DNA of 64,000 nucleotides from a virus: positions 1-64,000 of the IMG/VR virus record IMGVR_UViG_3300028392_000049; one strand, written 5' to 3'. Positions 45,801 to 54,972 of the stretch are shown here, one piece after another; positions within the stretch are counted from its first letter, which is position 1; each line of letters opens with the position of its first letter. The notes beneath the pieces are model-generated. The model searched no databases. It worked only from the letters and a program-made list of their open reading frames with translations, and had not been told where the DNA came from. A program made the position numbers and the translations under genes.

Positions 45801-46486
45801 AAGGTGCTTGTGGATACCCGAGCAAATAAAGTGTAGTAATACTTTGGAGCAGCGATTACTTTATTATTTCCAGATACAGTATTTACCGCAGTTCCTACTA
45901 CCCCATAGCCTGAATTAGTAGTTTGAGCAGTGGACGTTCCTGTATCAAAAATATGGTAGTTGTTAGCTACTCCCAAAGAAGTAGTTGAGGTACTAGTTGA
46001 TCCTAAGTACTTACCACTAATTCTAATAATATCATTTTGAGAGTACCCAGAACCAACCGCATTAACCACTGCAGTTGATATGCTTCCACTAGAATTAGTA
46101 GTGACAGTAAAGGAAGCTCCACGACCATTGGTGGGGGTAGTGGTACTAGAAACAAAGTTAATTGAGGATGAGGTTGTGGTTACAACAGTTGTTGTGCTGA
46201 CTGTATAAGCGTTTGCTTTTGAGTAAGTAAGAGTCGATCCTGTGATACCGCCATTTGAATCTACAGATGTTACAGTAATTTCAACACTATCTGTGGTAGA
46301 TGTGTAAATTTGCACACCATCATTTGGATTATTTGGATAACCTGAAGTTTTTCTTACTAGTACTAAATCTGTCCAGTTCAATGCTTCTGGAACAGTTGAC
46401 CAACTAATGTGATTAACAAAGTAGTTTGATGGACGTGCATCCATAACTACATCATAGTTTGGATCAACGTTAGTTAAAAACGTCAC
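42866..46486 (-). CDS. Large baseplate wedge / tail-fibre attachment protein with carbohydrate-binding-like modules
   Basis: P2 gpI-like core (LP.FY, FL.LL, Y...GS..GL..LIE..TG); two CBM-like repeats ending YWVDAAQL / VYVDGILAE; Thr/Ser-rich. Confidence 0.75.
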   Translation of the reverse strand: MTFLTNVDPNYDVVMDARPSNYFVNHISWSTVPEALNWTDLVLVRKTSGYPNNPNDGVQIYTSTTDSVEITVTSVDSNGGITGSTLTYSKANAYTVSTTTVVTTTSSSINFVSSTTTPTNGRGASFTVTTNSSGSISTAVVNAVGSGYSQNDIIRISGKYLGSTSTSTTSLGVANNYHIFDTGTSTAQTTNSGYGVVGTAVNTVSGNNKVIAAPKYYYTLFARVSTSTFSSADLVDTAKLSKFYWKNIGQVSCLAVPDNGTLDILTSHLPRFYTLTNDGKENTDLKTFLSLLAFHIDTYTALNKGVLNLSNPKTADEVFLKKWIQQFGGDYSNVNTIDQARKLLKNISRVYQNNGSTLGLSELIESYTGYGVTIAKPKNILPDYDTSSFVNSTGWWQPDYTSTIGYNQSSVATTAPFTRTLYSPLFAKVSAPQGSVSSYFNITADPAYGNGVPFYEIKTTNSAQFGWAITAASTTSSTITYTVGSGHPFVLGQSAIAVGMAPSGYNAQGVITATTSTTVTISNNNVPGTATTFGVLSQVVNNGIALYVTDSSKIQLGSQIYNLTSGTSPAPQMQVTAVINSTTIHVNKPPTSVTSAGSSLAFSNNTTSNIGYVITESGSGVTASYVMGPRRAQVVSISSSTAIVIRPFKAKVGDYVVDQTNNSLPKGLYVSSIDSSTSRVAFKDKNGVQYIVSSIPTGTQLIFSDIPNVDSSSAITAGVAIEPNTPYAFGMYFNGGSGTKRTATVKLDWYDKNGAFISTSAVGTLSSASQTNNTWAQAQVSDLSPATAAFCCPRFDIQTLTTAGYWVDAAQLVPPIAVTGRLFTKIVSTATATTGSNVLTSVTSTAGIVVGMAVSGPAGGGTVTAIGSGTVTMSSTAAFGVTAPYTFSNYTLYTANPHNFVIGNSVTVKTSTSTYNTSNVAITAVYQNTPAKVYSFSYNGGTQATAETYVSETGYVSSVPVGFEDARTTSIKINPTRTNLFPNPTLYPTTSLIGFSGLVGSSYTTTIARNTSTGYVGPTSACLLMSVAGATSGFGMTMGTDNNTFGPYNRPVPVTVTPGNAYSFSAYLKVNGGSANQTFTMSVSWYDFNTNLLSTSTGTATSISNTAWTNVGIANALAPATASYAIMKLESTASSSASVYVDGILAEQSSSINPYFDGYFDGYSYLSDRDSMWEEEAGWSRSHLYQNRVVNTGIVDRIVLEGMYYA

Positions 46487-48174
46487 GAACTGCCGCCTGT
46501 TGTAGTGACTGTAATGTATGAAGGTTCATATACTGGAACTTCATTAGCACTAAAAGTTAGATCACGGTTACCTGCAGTCAGCCCATTGTTTCCTTGAACA
46601 CTGATTGTTGTTCCTGTAGCTGTAGTAGCGGTTGCTCCACTAGATAATGTAAACACAGTAGAACTGGTGATTGAGTTAATGGTTTGACCCACCATTGATG
46701 AAGGTGAATTAATTAATGCTCCTGCGTACAAACCCGCAGTACTATTCACTGTAACAGAAGTTGCTGCAGATGCTGTTGATCCATTTGTTACTGCTGTTTG
46801 ACTATAAATACCCGAAGACGCCGTAGACGCAGGTAGCTTTTCGAAGTCATTAATAGTAATGTAGTTAACGCCATTAACTGCCTTACATGTAGCAAATACG
46901 TCTCCCTCACTAATAAGGTCAGCAAACGTCACATTATCAAATGCAAACAAGCTAGCCAGCGCAGCAGTTACCTGTGCTTGAATATTAGCGGCGTTGTACT
47001 GTGGGAGTACTGCTACTGTTACATTTAAGTATGGAAATGCCTTTGTGTAAGCTACTGGGGTTACAGTCGTGCCTGGAGGAATCTTATCGGAGAACCATGA
47101 CTTAATGCTTGCAAGTAACGTGGAGTCGGGAACGCCAGCATTAGCCAACGCAATGTATAAAGACACACTGCCATATGTGGAGGCTACTGCCGCAGCCTTA
47201 GCCACTGAGGCATATGTCAGTGCAAGTGCTTGATAATCAGCTAAAGATACTGCACGAGTAATTGTACGTGCTGCTAAAGGGGCATTAACTCTGATTGAAT
47301 CTGTAGTCTCAATGTCAGTACCTCCACTAAATGCATTTGCATTTGTTACAGATACTGCGGCCCCAGTAAGGGCGCTTACATCGATGGCTACAATTGATGA
47401 TGCAGGTACATTACCTAATGAACCTGTGGTATCTGAGTAACGGTAGCTAACTGTAATGGATGCCCCGTTTGGAGGTATGGCCCCCGAAACCCCATCGCCA
47501 AAACCTACGTAGGTAACGCCGTTACCATCCGTGTAGTTATAAAATGATTGATCGGTTGACGCGGCGTCAATAATAGATGCTACACGGTTATAAGCATAAC
47601 CATTTACATATACCAAAATAAGATTGCTGGTTAAACTTCCTGGCATTACTCCAGTATTAGCAAGAGCAAACTCTTGGTTAGCAGATCCAGTAGATGTTCC
47701 AACAACTTCATTGGCTACTAATAGACCTTGAGTAACAGTAGCCGTAGTTGAAGTATTGGCTCCAACAGTGAATGCGCTATCTACAGTAAATAGCACAGGA
47801 GTAGTTCCGCTAGAGTACACTTGCGTTCCCGCAGGAATGGCTTGAGAACTTCCGTTAGCATTAGTAAAAGTTACTGTTCCTGTTGCTGGTGTTATGTCAT
47901 TTGGAAAATACCCAAGAAGACTAGCTAGATTAAGAACAGTATCCCGTTGAGTAGCGGTGGACAAAAAAGCTTCATTAGCCGCACGGTCAATTTGAAAATT
48001 AAGCAAGTCACCCATGTAGGAGAACAGTTCAAGCAAAACAATGCCAAAGTCACTGGAGTCAGTAGACTTCCAGTTTGGGGCAAAGTTAGGGATGAGGGCT
48101 TTTAGGTCATCACGAATAGCCGCGTAATCACGTGAAGTATAATCAACCTGTGGCAGGTACATGTTGTCAGCCAT
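46483..48174 (-). CDS. Baseplate wedge protein (gpJ/gp6-like)
   Basis: DYTSRDY, DFGIVLLELFSY, FGDGVSGAIPP, GG.D.ET.DSIR, RAVSLADY. Confidence 0.9.
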   Translation of the reverse strand: MADNMYLPQVDYTSRDYAAIRDDLKALIPNFAPNWKSTDSSDFGIVLLELFSYMGDLLNFQIDRAANEAFLSTATQRDTVLNLASLLGYFPNDITPATGTVTFTNANGSSQAIPAGTQVYSSGTTPVLFTVDSAFTVGANTSTTATVTQGLLVANEVVGTSTGSANQEFALANTGVMPGSLTSNLILVYVNGYAYNRVASIIDAASTDQSFYNYTDGNGVTYVGFGDGVSGAIPPNGASITVSYRYSDTTGSLGNVPASSIVAIDVSALTGAAVSVTNANAFSGGTDIETTDSIRVNAPLAARTITRAVSLADYQALALTYASVAKAAAVASTYGSVSLYIALANAGVPDSTLLASIKSWFSDKIPPGTTVTPVAYTKAFPYLNVTVAVLPQYNAANIQAQVTAALASLFAFDNVTFADLISEGDVFATCKAVNGVNYITINDFEKLPASTASSGIYSQTAVTNGSTASAATSVTVNSTAGLYAGALINSPSSMVGQTINSITSSTVFTLSSGATATTATGTTISVQGNNGLTAGNRDLTFSANEVPVYEPSYITVTTTGGSS

Positions 48175-48591
48175 TTAGTTTACCGCCTTAGTTTCTCCAG
48201 AGTTGGTCAAGCTATTATTATTAATTTTAACAGAATCTACGTCACCTGTGGGCAACTGGTAGTAAATACTTAGGCTAATTGCCCCAGCAGCACTATCAAA
48301 TCCTGATTCAATTCGCACTAGTTTTAGCTCAGGGAGCCATGACGCAAAAGTCTGAGTAATGGCTACCTTGGCATCTTCAATAGCAGCAGTGGATGGCTCA
48401 AATAACAAACTAGTTAGATTAGCGCCATAGTCATAATACCAAACACGCTCGTTAGTTCCAGTGGAGAACACCGAAAGAACTTTATTACGCCAAAACTTTG
48501 GGTCATCATTACGGATGGTATTGACACGCCCGTTGGAAAACGCAAACGGTAAATCAATAATATAATTAACTGTAGTTGATATAATGGTCAT
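48175..48591 (-). CDS. gp25/gpW-like baseplate wedge (sheath initiator)
   Basis: LPF, T..NERV...DYG..L..LLFEP, WLP. Confidence 0.85.
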   Translation of the reverse strand: MTIISTTVNYIIDLPFAFSNGRVNTIRNDDPKFWRNKVLSVFSTGTNERVWYYDYGANLTSLLFEPSTAAIEDAKVAITQTFASWLPELKLVRIESGFDSAAGAISLSIYYQLPTGDVDSVKINNNSLTNSGETKAVN

Positions 48592-49311
48592 TTAGAACGC
48601 TCCTAGCCATAGTGGGAAATTGGGGTCTCCGCCTTCAAACATTACCCAACAGCCATCTCCAGGAGTTGGGGTATAGTTCCCTACAAGGGTGGCGGTAACA
48701 ATCATCGAAGCAACTGCTGGAGATGCGGGTGAAGTAGTTGCTGTTTGTGCTTCTAAAGTATTGGCCGCATCATTGCTCATCCAAACAAATTCAAGGTAAT
48801 CATTTGCAGCCAAAGTAAGCACATAATTCCAAGCAGGAAGAGCATGATGATTCTGATTAGAGGTAGTTATTTCGCCATTTGACCAATCAACATTCGTGCC
48901 ATTTTTACGCAACCAAAAGTTTGCTGTAGAAGTTCCATTGTTTGCCACCTGCGCAGAAAACTGGATATTGTATTCTCCTGCGTAAGTAAACTTAATTCTT
49001 GACTTGTATGTGGAATCTATCGTAATTCCATTATTTTCCGCAGTCGTGTTTAATGTAATAACTTTAGGGGTATTGGCTGCTGTTAAAGTTTGAGTAGTTG
49101 TGTCATAAAAAGACCCATATGGAGTTTTACTATGCACAGGCAAACCAATAATAGGCCAAGCCCAGTTAGTTGCTGTATTACCTAAAATTTGTGGAACTTT
49201 TAATTTAATACGGTGTTGATTGGATGGGTCATCTGTATTGGCTACCACCCCACGGTAAACCCCGTAAAAACGTTGGTCACTAGGATCCCCAATAAAAACA
49301 TCGCTGTACAT
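48592..49311 (-). CDS. Baseplate spike (gp5/gpV OB-fold) with an internal inserted domain
   Basis: YGVYRGVV...DP....RIKLKVP...WAWP and P.PGDGCWVMFEGGDPNFP.WLG halves separated by ~150 aa. Confidence 0.8.
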   Translation of the reverse strand: MYSDVFIGDPSDQRFYGVYRGVVANTDDPSNQHRIKLKVPQILGNTATNWAWPIIGLPVHSKTPYGSFYDTTTQTLTAANTPKVITLNTTAENNGITIDSTYKSRIKFTYAGEYNIQFSAQVANNGTSTANFWLRKNGTNVDWSNGEITTSNQNHHALPAWNYVLTLAANDYLEFVWMSNDAANTLEAQTATTSPASPAVASMIVTATLVGNYTPTPGDGCWVMFEGGDPNFPLWLGAF

Positions 49312-50642
49312 TAGATTGGTATCCCCTTTCCGCGCAGTCGTGTAATAACAGTAGCTGTTCTGTTTTTTACGTCGGTATCTGAATTAGTATTTTTACCTTT
49401 ATCAGCAACATACGAATGAGGAACCCCTTTGGCATCTGTTGATATAGGGGCTCTGTTAGTAATCTGAGTTAAGTTAGTATTTTTGTATGTCCCAGTTCCT
49501 TTAGACAACACTGTGTTGTGCTTAACAGGTATATTGCGCTTATTGGGAGTAATCTTTCTGTATTTAATTCCTTTAGGAGATGAAAGATCTGGGGCATTAA
49601 ACTTTCTAATAGCGCCTAGTGAATCAGTACCTACCTCTAGATACGTTGTGTACTGAAACACGTTAGGTGAAGTTTCAATTACTTTATGCTGTGACGAAAG
49701 CACCATCCAGTAACCAGAGTACACATCGCCAATTCCAGATAAAAACACGGGCTTATCAGGATTAAGATTAGGTGTACCTAACACTTGAATACGTGCTCGG
49801 TAAGGGAATCGGTTGCGTTCATCTGCGGCAGCGGCTTCATAGAAAGCTACTGTTTGATTAGGGCTAACTGTACTGGTAGCAAACGAATCAAAAAGTTCAG
49901 TCTCAGCAGTAACACGTGTAGTGGTTGGGCGTTTGATATTAGTGGCAATACTTGCTACACCTGTGTACGCGTCCACGCCACCAAATTGAACTGCTGACTT
50001 GTAGCCATCTGTGTACTTGTAGCTTTCGCTAAGTATTAAATTAAACGAGTAAAGTGTAGATCCTTGCGGGTCGTTAGCGTTACGCATAATAAAGTTAGGG
50101 GCAGAGTCCTTAAAAGCGTTAAAGTCAGTAGTCAGTTTTTTAAAGTGAATAGCAGTATTCTCAATACGGAATGTATATCCACACTGCTTAGCCAAACGAG
50201 AAAGCAACTGAAGGTCAGTAATTCCTGCTTGAGTAATTTGTGGGTAAACACGTGGATGCTCGTCTACCTCATAAGAAAAGTTATGCGATTTGGCAATGCG
50301 CCTAACTACTTCAGTAGCCGTAGTGTCATGGTATACCCGCTGGCGAGATTGCTTCATCTGGAAAGATGCTCCAATAATTTTGACATTGACAAACCGTTTA
50401 CCTGGAGAAATTTGTGGGTTAATGTCATGCACGTAGCCATAGAACACTCGGTCAGAAATTTCACCACGAAGTGTGCACTTTACAGGATGTCCAGGTTTAA
50501 CTTGAGAATACTGAACGTCCCAGTCTCTAAACTGAATGTCAATAATCTCATGAGCATAACGCTCCTGAGTAACTGTGAATGACGTGATGCGTTGAGGAGG
50601 GTTATCCGCTAGCGCAAAATCAATGGCAACATAATTAAACAT
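49311..50642 (-). CDS. Baseplate hub (gpD/gp27-like)
   Basis: FYGYV, Q.G.TD..LL.RLA...GY, G.P.L.P, YSGYW.V. Confidence 0.85.
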   Translation of the reverse strand: MFNYVAIDFALADNPPQRITSFTVTQERYAHEIIDIQFRDWDVQYSQVKPGHPVKCTLRGEISDRVFYGYVHDINPQISPGKRFVNVKIIGASFQMKQSRQRVYHDTTATEVVRRIAKSHNFSYEVDEHPRVYPQITQAGITDLQLLSRLAKQCGYTFRIENTAIHFKKLTTDFNAFKDSAPNFIMRNANDPQGSTLYSFNLILSESYKYTDGYKSAVQFGGVDAYTGVASIATNIKRPTTTRVTAETELFDSFATSTVSPNQTVAFYEAAAADERNRFPYRARIQVLGTPNLNPDKPVFLSGIGDVYSGYWMVLSSQHKVIETSPNVFQYTTYLEVGTDSLGAIRKFNAPDLSSPKGIKYRKITPNKRNIPVKHNTVLSKGTGTYKNTNLTQITNRAPISTDAKGVPHSYVADKGKNTNSDTDVKNRTATVITRLRGKGIPI

Positions 50643-50916
50643 GAGGTATTCTCAACACCGTGCCGTCTGCAATATGTAAAAAGTCCGTAAGCTCAGGGTT
50701 GTACTCAGCAATAGTCCACCATAAAGCCGCGCTGTGGAAGTACTGTAAAGCAATGCCTTGAAGCGTCTCTCCCTTTGTGTACCTATGAGTAACGTACTTA
50801 ATGTTCTGCAAGTCATCAAACGCATACAAAGTAATTGGGTAAGACTGACCGTACTCTGTTTTGCGGAAGTAATCCACAGTAGAGTCTTCGTAACGAGATC
50901 CAGAATGAATAGGCAT
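50635..50916 (-). CDS. LysM/gpX-like tail protein
   Basis: SRY...GETLQGIA..YF....LWW.IAEYNP...GTVLRIP. Confidence 0.85.
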   Translation of the reverse strand: MPIHSGSRYEDSTVDYFRKTEYGQSYPITLYAFDDLQNIKYVTHRYTKGETLQGIALQYFHSAALWWTIAEYNPELTDFLHIADGTVLRIPHV

Positions 50917-51833
50917 TACTTTGTCGCCAATCCAGCCGTAGCCATAAGATTAAATTGAATGTTTACGTCAGTAACCATAGGTATCATGCCTTTAGTAAAA
51001 GATGTGTGGTTAATGCTCAGGCTATTTACATAGCCAATATAACTTAATGGGCCTAAGTCAATACGCAAAAGTGTAGGGCTCAAGAAGCCGATGTCTGAAC
51101 TAGCTCGACCCGTTGCCTGATTAACCCAGCCTGGTCCATTGATAGCCTTGTACAAGTACTCAATATCAGCAATAGTTCCTAGCTTTTGAAGCTCTTTAAT
51201 TTTATCTTCAAACGTTCCAGAAAATCCTTTATCAAAACTATACGCAGGGTTGTAGAACTCTGATTTGGCATACAACTTTGCGTAAGTGTCATAGCCTTCT
51301 CCAGGTTTTGCTGAAAGAGGCATCGAATGAATGCACGCAAAATCGTTAGTGCGGTCAAGGCGAACGCTGAAAGACAGGTACTCACCGCTAGGGAAAGCCC
51401 CTGCTACGCCTACAAACTTGTCAGCAAAAGAAGGAGTTATCTCCATGTTCATAGCAACACTAGTTTGAATTGACTGCGGGTTCCATAGGAACTGAAATCC
51501 GTAACGGGGGTCGCTGGCGTTGTTACCTATTCCCGTGTTATATGTTTCGCTCTTAATGTAATCGTTGTCTACTCGTGCATACCAGTAGATACGCCCACGG
51601 CGATAGCGATGCTGAGAGCCAAGCGAGTGTGCCGTTGAGTTCTGTACTATAGGATCCACTAGAGAAGGCTCTACGGGCATGCTCCATTGATGTGGGGGCA
51701 GGTTCCACTTGTAACCAGATAACCCTAACGGGCTCTTAGTGCTTTGTGGTTCCTGATTATTAGCTTTTGCCGCTACAACCTTACCAGCTACTTTTTTTCT
51801 ACCCAGGATTCCTCCTGTACCGCCGCCAGCCAT
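50916..51833 (-). CDS. Tail tube initiator / baseplate protein
   Basis: FQFLWNPQSI, GYVNSLSI.HT.F...MIP; located after the tape measure. Confidence 0.7.
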   Translation of the reverse strand: MAGGGTGGILGRKKVAGKVVAAKANNQEPQSTKSPLGLSGYKWNLPPHQWSMPVEPSLVDPIVQNSTAHSLGSQHRYRRGRIYWYARVDNDYIKSETYNTGIGNNASDPRYGFQFLWNPQSIQTSVAMNMEITPSFADKFVGVAGAFPSGEYLSFSVRLDRTNDFACIHSMPLSAKPGEGYDTYAKLYAKSEFYNPAYSFDKGFSGTFEDKIKELQKLGTIADIEYLYKAINGPGWVNQATGRASSDIGFLSPTLLRIDLGPLSYIGYVNSLSINHTSFTKGMIPMVTDVNIQFNLMATAGLATK

Positions 51834-51834
51834 G

Positions 51835-53355
51835 CTATGACCTCGCTGTCAAGGCACTGCTAATAGCAAGGCCATAGGAATAAGGATCAGATGACGGAGG
51901 AGCAGTTACATTAACGGTAATAGCTCCAGTATACAAAGGGCCAGAATTAGATGCAGCAGTTGGCATAAATGAAAGATCGTTAGCATTAGCGGGTCCTGCA
52001 GCGTTAGGACTAGAGCTTGCTCCACTAGGTAGTGCTGCTGCTCCTGCAAGTAATCCAATTCCACTAAGAAGTTTTCCAACACCTCCTGAGCCAAAAGCTG
52101 TTCCAGCTATTCCATTAAGATTTTCAAGAATAGCTTGGCCACCGCCACCACGAGCCCCAGCAAATGTACCTAAAAAAGTACTTAAATCTTGACCTTTATT
52201 AAGCCCAGCCCGCAATGGCCCAGTAGAATTAGCAAAAGTTCCATACGTTGATTGCAAAAAGTTATTAGCATTAACTGTTTGATTAGCAGTGCGCTCAGCA
52301 AAAGATTGAATAAGACCTAGTTCAGCTGTAGAACGGTTTCCTGTAGACGTAACTGCCCCAGTCAAACCACCGCTTTTTGCCAGCATCTCTTTAGTGCCAG
52401 AAGTACGAAGGGATGTTCCTCCGTTGTTAGCCATTTGAACAAGGCCAGAAAGTACAACTTGTTTAAGGTTTTGATCTCCACCAAAGTACTGGTTAAGCAA
52501 ACTATCCAACGCATTACCAGGTTGCATAGAAACAGCGATATCTTTTACTGTAATTGACTTACCTTGAGAAAGTAATTTATAGATCTGCTCAATAATAGAC
52601 GGCAAGTCATTCATTCCAGTACCAGAGCTATTACGAACCTGAACACCCAGCATTCTTAACATGTTAACATTTTGTGCTTGGTTTAATGATCCCATAGCGG
52701 CCATGCCGCCTTGAAGGCCAATGCCAGGGTTCAAGTTTGAAGCAAGTGCGGCTCCACCAAGAACACCTGAGTAACGAGTTGTATCAGTATTGGCTCCAGT
52801 ATTATAGTTAGATAATCCAGGAAGTAATCCCATTCCTACGCCAGCATTTATTGCTGCTCCAGCATCCATAGGGTTAAGGGCAGATCCAGCAGCAGAAAAA
52901 CGTTGCTGCATGTTGTAACCAACTTTTTGATTAGTGCCAAAACTTTGTTGGTTACCGCTATAGAATTTAATACGGTCAGCAAGCTGCTGAGTCATCACTG
53001 CCTCTTGAGATGTAGGCAAGAAAGACATTGCTCCAATAGCAGCTCCTCCTACATTTCCCATAAGTCTATAGAAGTTAGCTGAGCCGTTGGTAAAGCGAGG
53101 AGTGTCCCCAGCCGTGCTAGCTTGGTAAGGGGATCCTCCCCCTCCACCAGTTCCGCCTCCACCTGGGGCTCCTGAGCCACCATTATTGGTAGGTGCTCCA
53201 CGGTTAGCTACTTGAGAAGATGACCCTGCGCCCCTAAGTTTGTCTGCAAACCCCGCAATTTTTTCAAAATTACTTTTTAAACGATCGGAATCATCTGCCA
53301 TCGATGAAACTGATTTTGCAGCGGCGTCTAGTCCGCTATTAACATCTCCAGCCAT
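51835..53355 (-). CDS. Tape measure protein (short)
   Basis: Gly/Ala-rich helical protein downstream of the tail chaperone. Confidence 0.75.
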   Translation of the reverse strand: MAGDVNSGLDAAAKSVSSMADDSDRLKSNFEKIAGFADKLRGAGSSSQVANRGAPTNNGGSGAPGGGGTGGGGGSPYQASTAGDTPRFTNGSANFYRLMGNVGGAAIGAMSFLPTSQEAVMTQQLADRIKFYSGNQQSFGTNQKVGYNMQQRFSAAGSALNPMDAGAAINAGVGMGLLPGLSNYNTGANTDTTRYSGVLGGAALASNLNPGIGLQGGMAAMGSLNQAQNVNMLRMLGVQVRNSSGTGMNDLPSIIEQIYKLLSQGKSITVKDIAVSMQPGNALDSLLNQYFGGDQNLKQVVLSGLVQMANNGGTSLRTSGTKEMLAKSGGLTGAVTSTGNRSTAELGLIQSFAERTANQTVNANNFLQSTYGTFANSTGPLRAGLNKGQDLSTFLGTFAGARGGGGQAILENLNGIAGTAFGSGGVGKLLSGIGLLAGAAALPSGASSSPNAAGPANANDLSFMPTAASNSGPLYTGAITVNVTAPPSSDPYSYGLAISSALTARS

Positions 53356-53364
53356 ATCTAATCC

Positions 53365-53508
53365 TTATCTCGTGGCTCTTGCGATCCAATTGTTTCTTTC
53401 TCTAAAAGAAAGAGAGCGGATGTCGCCCATACTCCAGCCAGGAAATGCTCGGGATAGTAGTTCATAAGAGTCCATTAAATTAACGTAGTCTAAAGGCTTA
53501 TAATCGAA
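53365..53508 (-). CDS. Tail assembly chaperone extension, probably reached by frameshift
   Basis: Short +1-frame ORF (...YELLSRAFPGWSMGDIRSLSFRERNNW) with no SD before its ATG. Confidence 0.6.
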   Translation of the reverse strand, partial: FDYKPLDYVNLMDSYELLSRAFPGWSMGDIRSLSFRERNNWIARATR

Positions 53509-54298
53509 ATAAATCGACCAGACTTAACGATAGATTAATTTTACTATCGCATGCCTCGCAAGTCTTGCTCACCTCCCCAAGGCGTGGGCCTGGGGTCCTA
53601 TCTGATAACTCAGTCACTAGCAGAGTTCGATCTGCCATGCTTAAGTTTAAAGCCGTTGAGCGCCCCATAGAAGGGCTGCCATCTACAGACACAATGCATC
53701 CTGCCAAAATGTCGGTGAACATCTCGGCTGTGGTCTTTTCATCAGAGTCAACCAATTTTTTCTGGGTAACTCCATTAGGCAAAGCCACTACAATTTCCCC
53801 AGCCTTAGCATTGACAGAGAATACTCTGTCCCTGACTGGGTCTTCTAGTTCATCAACCTCAACGTCATGTACTAAATCAATAGTAATGTTTTGTTCGGTA
53901 GCGCATGAAACACATACAACTGGATAGGTAACCGTCTCGCCAAATGTAGCTATCCGAATACCTAGAAGGACGGCATCCCGATCTCCAGTAAGCATCGCGT
54001 CAAGTTCAGTAAGTGTGGGCTTTACGTCACCAATACTTACTAGTCCTCGTTGAAATGCTACCTGCAAAGACTTAGTTGCTGAACCAGCCTTAGCCATAGC
54101 TTCCTCATCGGAACCATTTAGCTCTCTAATTTCAGCGGTCTTAAACAGTTCCCCCGACTTAGTAATAAAGCCCGCAGGCAATGCTACTTCGTTTGAAGGG
54201 GGTTGCTGAGTTTCTATTTCTGCTTGTACGCCACCTGCAGCTTGAAAAGCCGCGATGGCTTGGTCCATATCTGGTAGGCCTAATGTTGTCTCAGTCAT
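53498..54298 (-). CDS. Tail assembly chaperone (T4 gp26-like)
   Basis: LPAG, RELNG.DEE, GDRD..LL.IR..TFG, two CxxC motifs; between tube and tape measure. Confidence 0.8.
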   Translation of the reverse strand: MTETTLGLPDMDQAIAAFQAAGGVQAEIETQQPPSNEVALPAGFITKSGELFKTAEIRELNGSDEEAMAKAGSATKSLQVAFQRGLVSIGDVKPTLTELDAMLTGDRDAVLLGIRIATFGETVTYPVVCVSCATEQNITIDLVHDVEVDELEDPVRDRVFSVNAKAGEIVVALPNGVTQKKLVDSDEKTTAEMFTDILAGCIVSVDGSPSMGRSTALNLSMADRTLLVTELSDRTPGPRLGEVSKTCEACDSKINLSLSLVDLFRL

Positions 54299-54335
54299 AA
54301 TTCTCCTTATTAATACTTATATAGTTTACTACAGA

Positions 54336-54959
54336 TTAGAAGCCAGCAGGTTTAACCGATCCTGCTAGAGGTGTTCCATTAGCATTAACAAACCCGACTG
54401 ACAGGCCTTCATGTACAAGCGTCATGGTTTCGTACATAAGCTCGTTCTGACCAGCGTTAAGGTCGGTGTAGCTTAGGTTAGAAATCCATGCATTGTGCAA
54501 GTAGAATGCCATACGTGGCGTGTTAGTTGTTGATCCAGCCTGTGGGTGGTCCATCAATTCGATAGTAACGTTGACTCGGAAGCCGCCCTTACCTGAATCA
54601 GTAGAGTTAATGCCTTCTCCTGCTGACGCACCAAATAACCCACGCATCCAAGTAATAGCGCTATCATTACCAAACAATGCACCGCGTGAGAATGTCACTG
54701 GGCCAAAGTTGGTCATGCCTGGGATCTGATGAATGGTAGTGTTGTAGCCACCTTCACGGTAAGGAATTGGCGCTACAGAGTATGCCAAACCTGAGATTCC
54801 CGTGAAGCCACCACTGAATGATGTGATGCGGTTATCAAACGTAGTTGTAACACCTTGAGCCACCTTGAAGGTTGCGCGAAACTTGAATACGCGCATCGGG
54901 TCAGTTTGAATGGTGCCCCGTGAATCAATGTAATTGAGGTTCTTCTTTGTTTCTGACAT
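54336..54959 (-). CDS. Tail tube protein (T4 gp19-like)
   Basis: DP...FKF, F..ISGL, YREGG, PG......VTFSRG, E..TLVHEG. Confidence 0.92.
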   Translation of the reverse strand: MSETKKNLNYIDSRGTIQTDPMRVFKFRATFKVAQGVTTTFDNRITSFSGGFTGISGLAYSVAPIPYREGGYNTTIHQIPGMTNFGPVTFSRGALFGNDSAITWMRGLFGASAGEGINSTDSGKGGFRVNVTIELMDHPQAGSTTNTPRMAFYLHNAWISNLSYTDLNAGQNELMYETMTLVHEGLSVGFVNANGTPLAGSVKPAGF

Positions 54960-54972
54960 TGTTTACTTCTCC

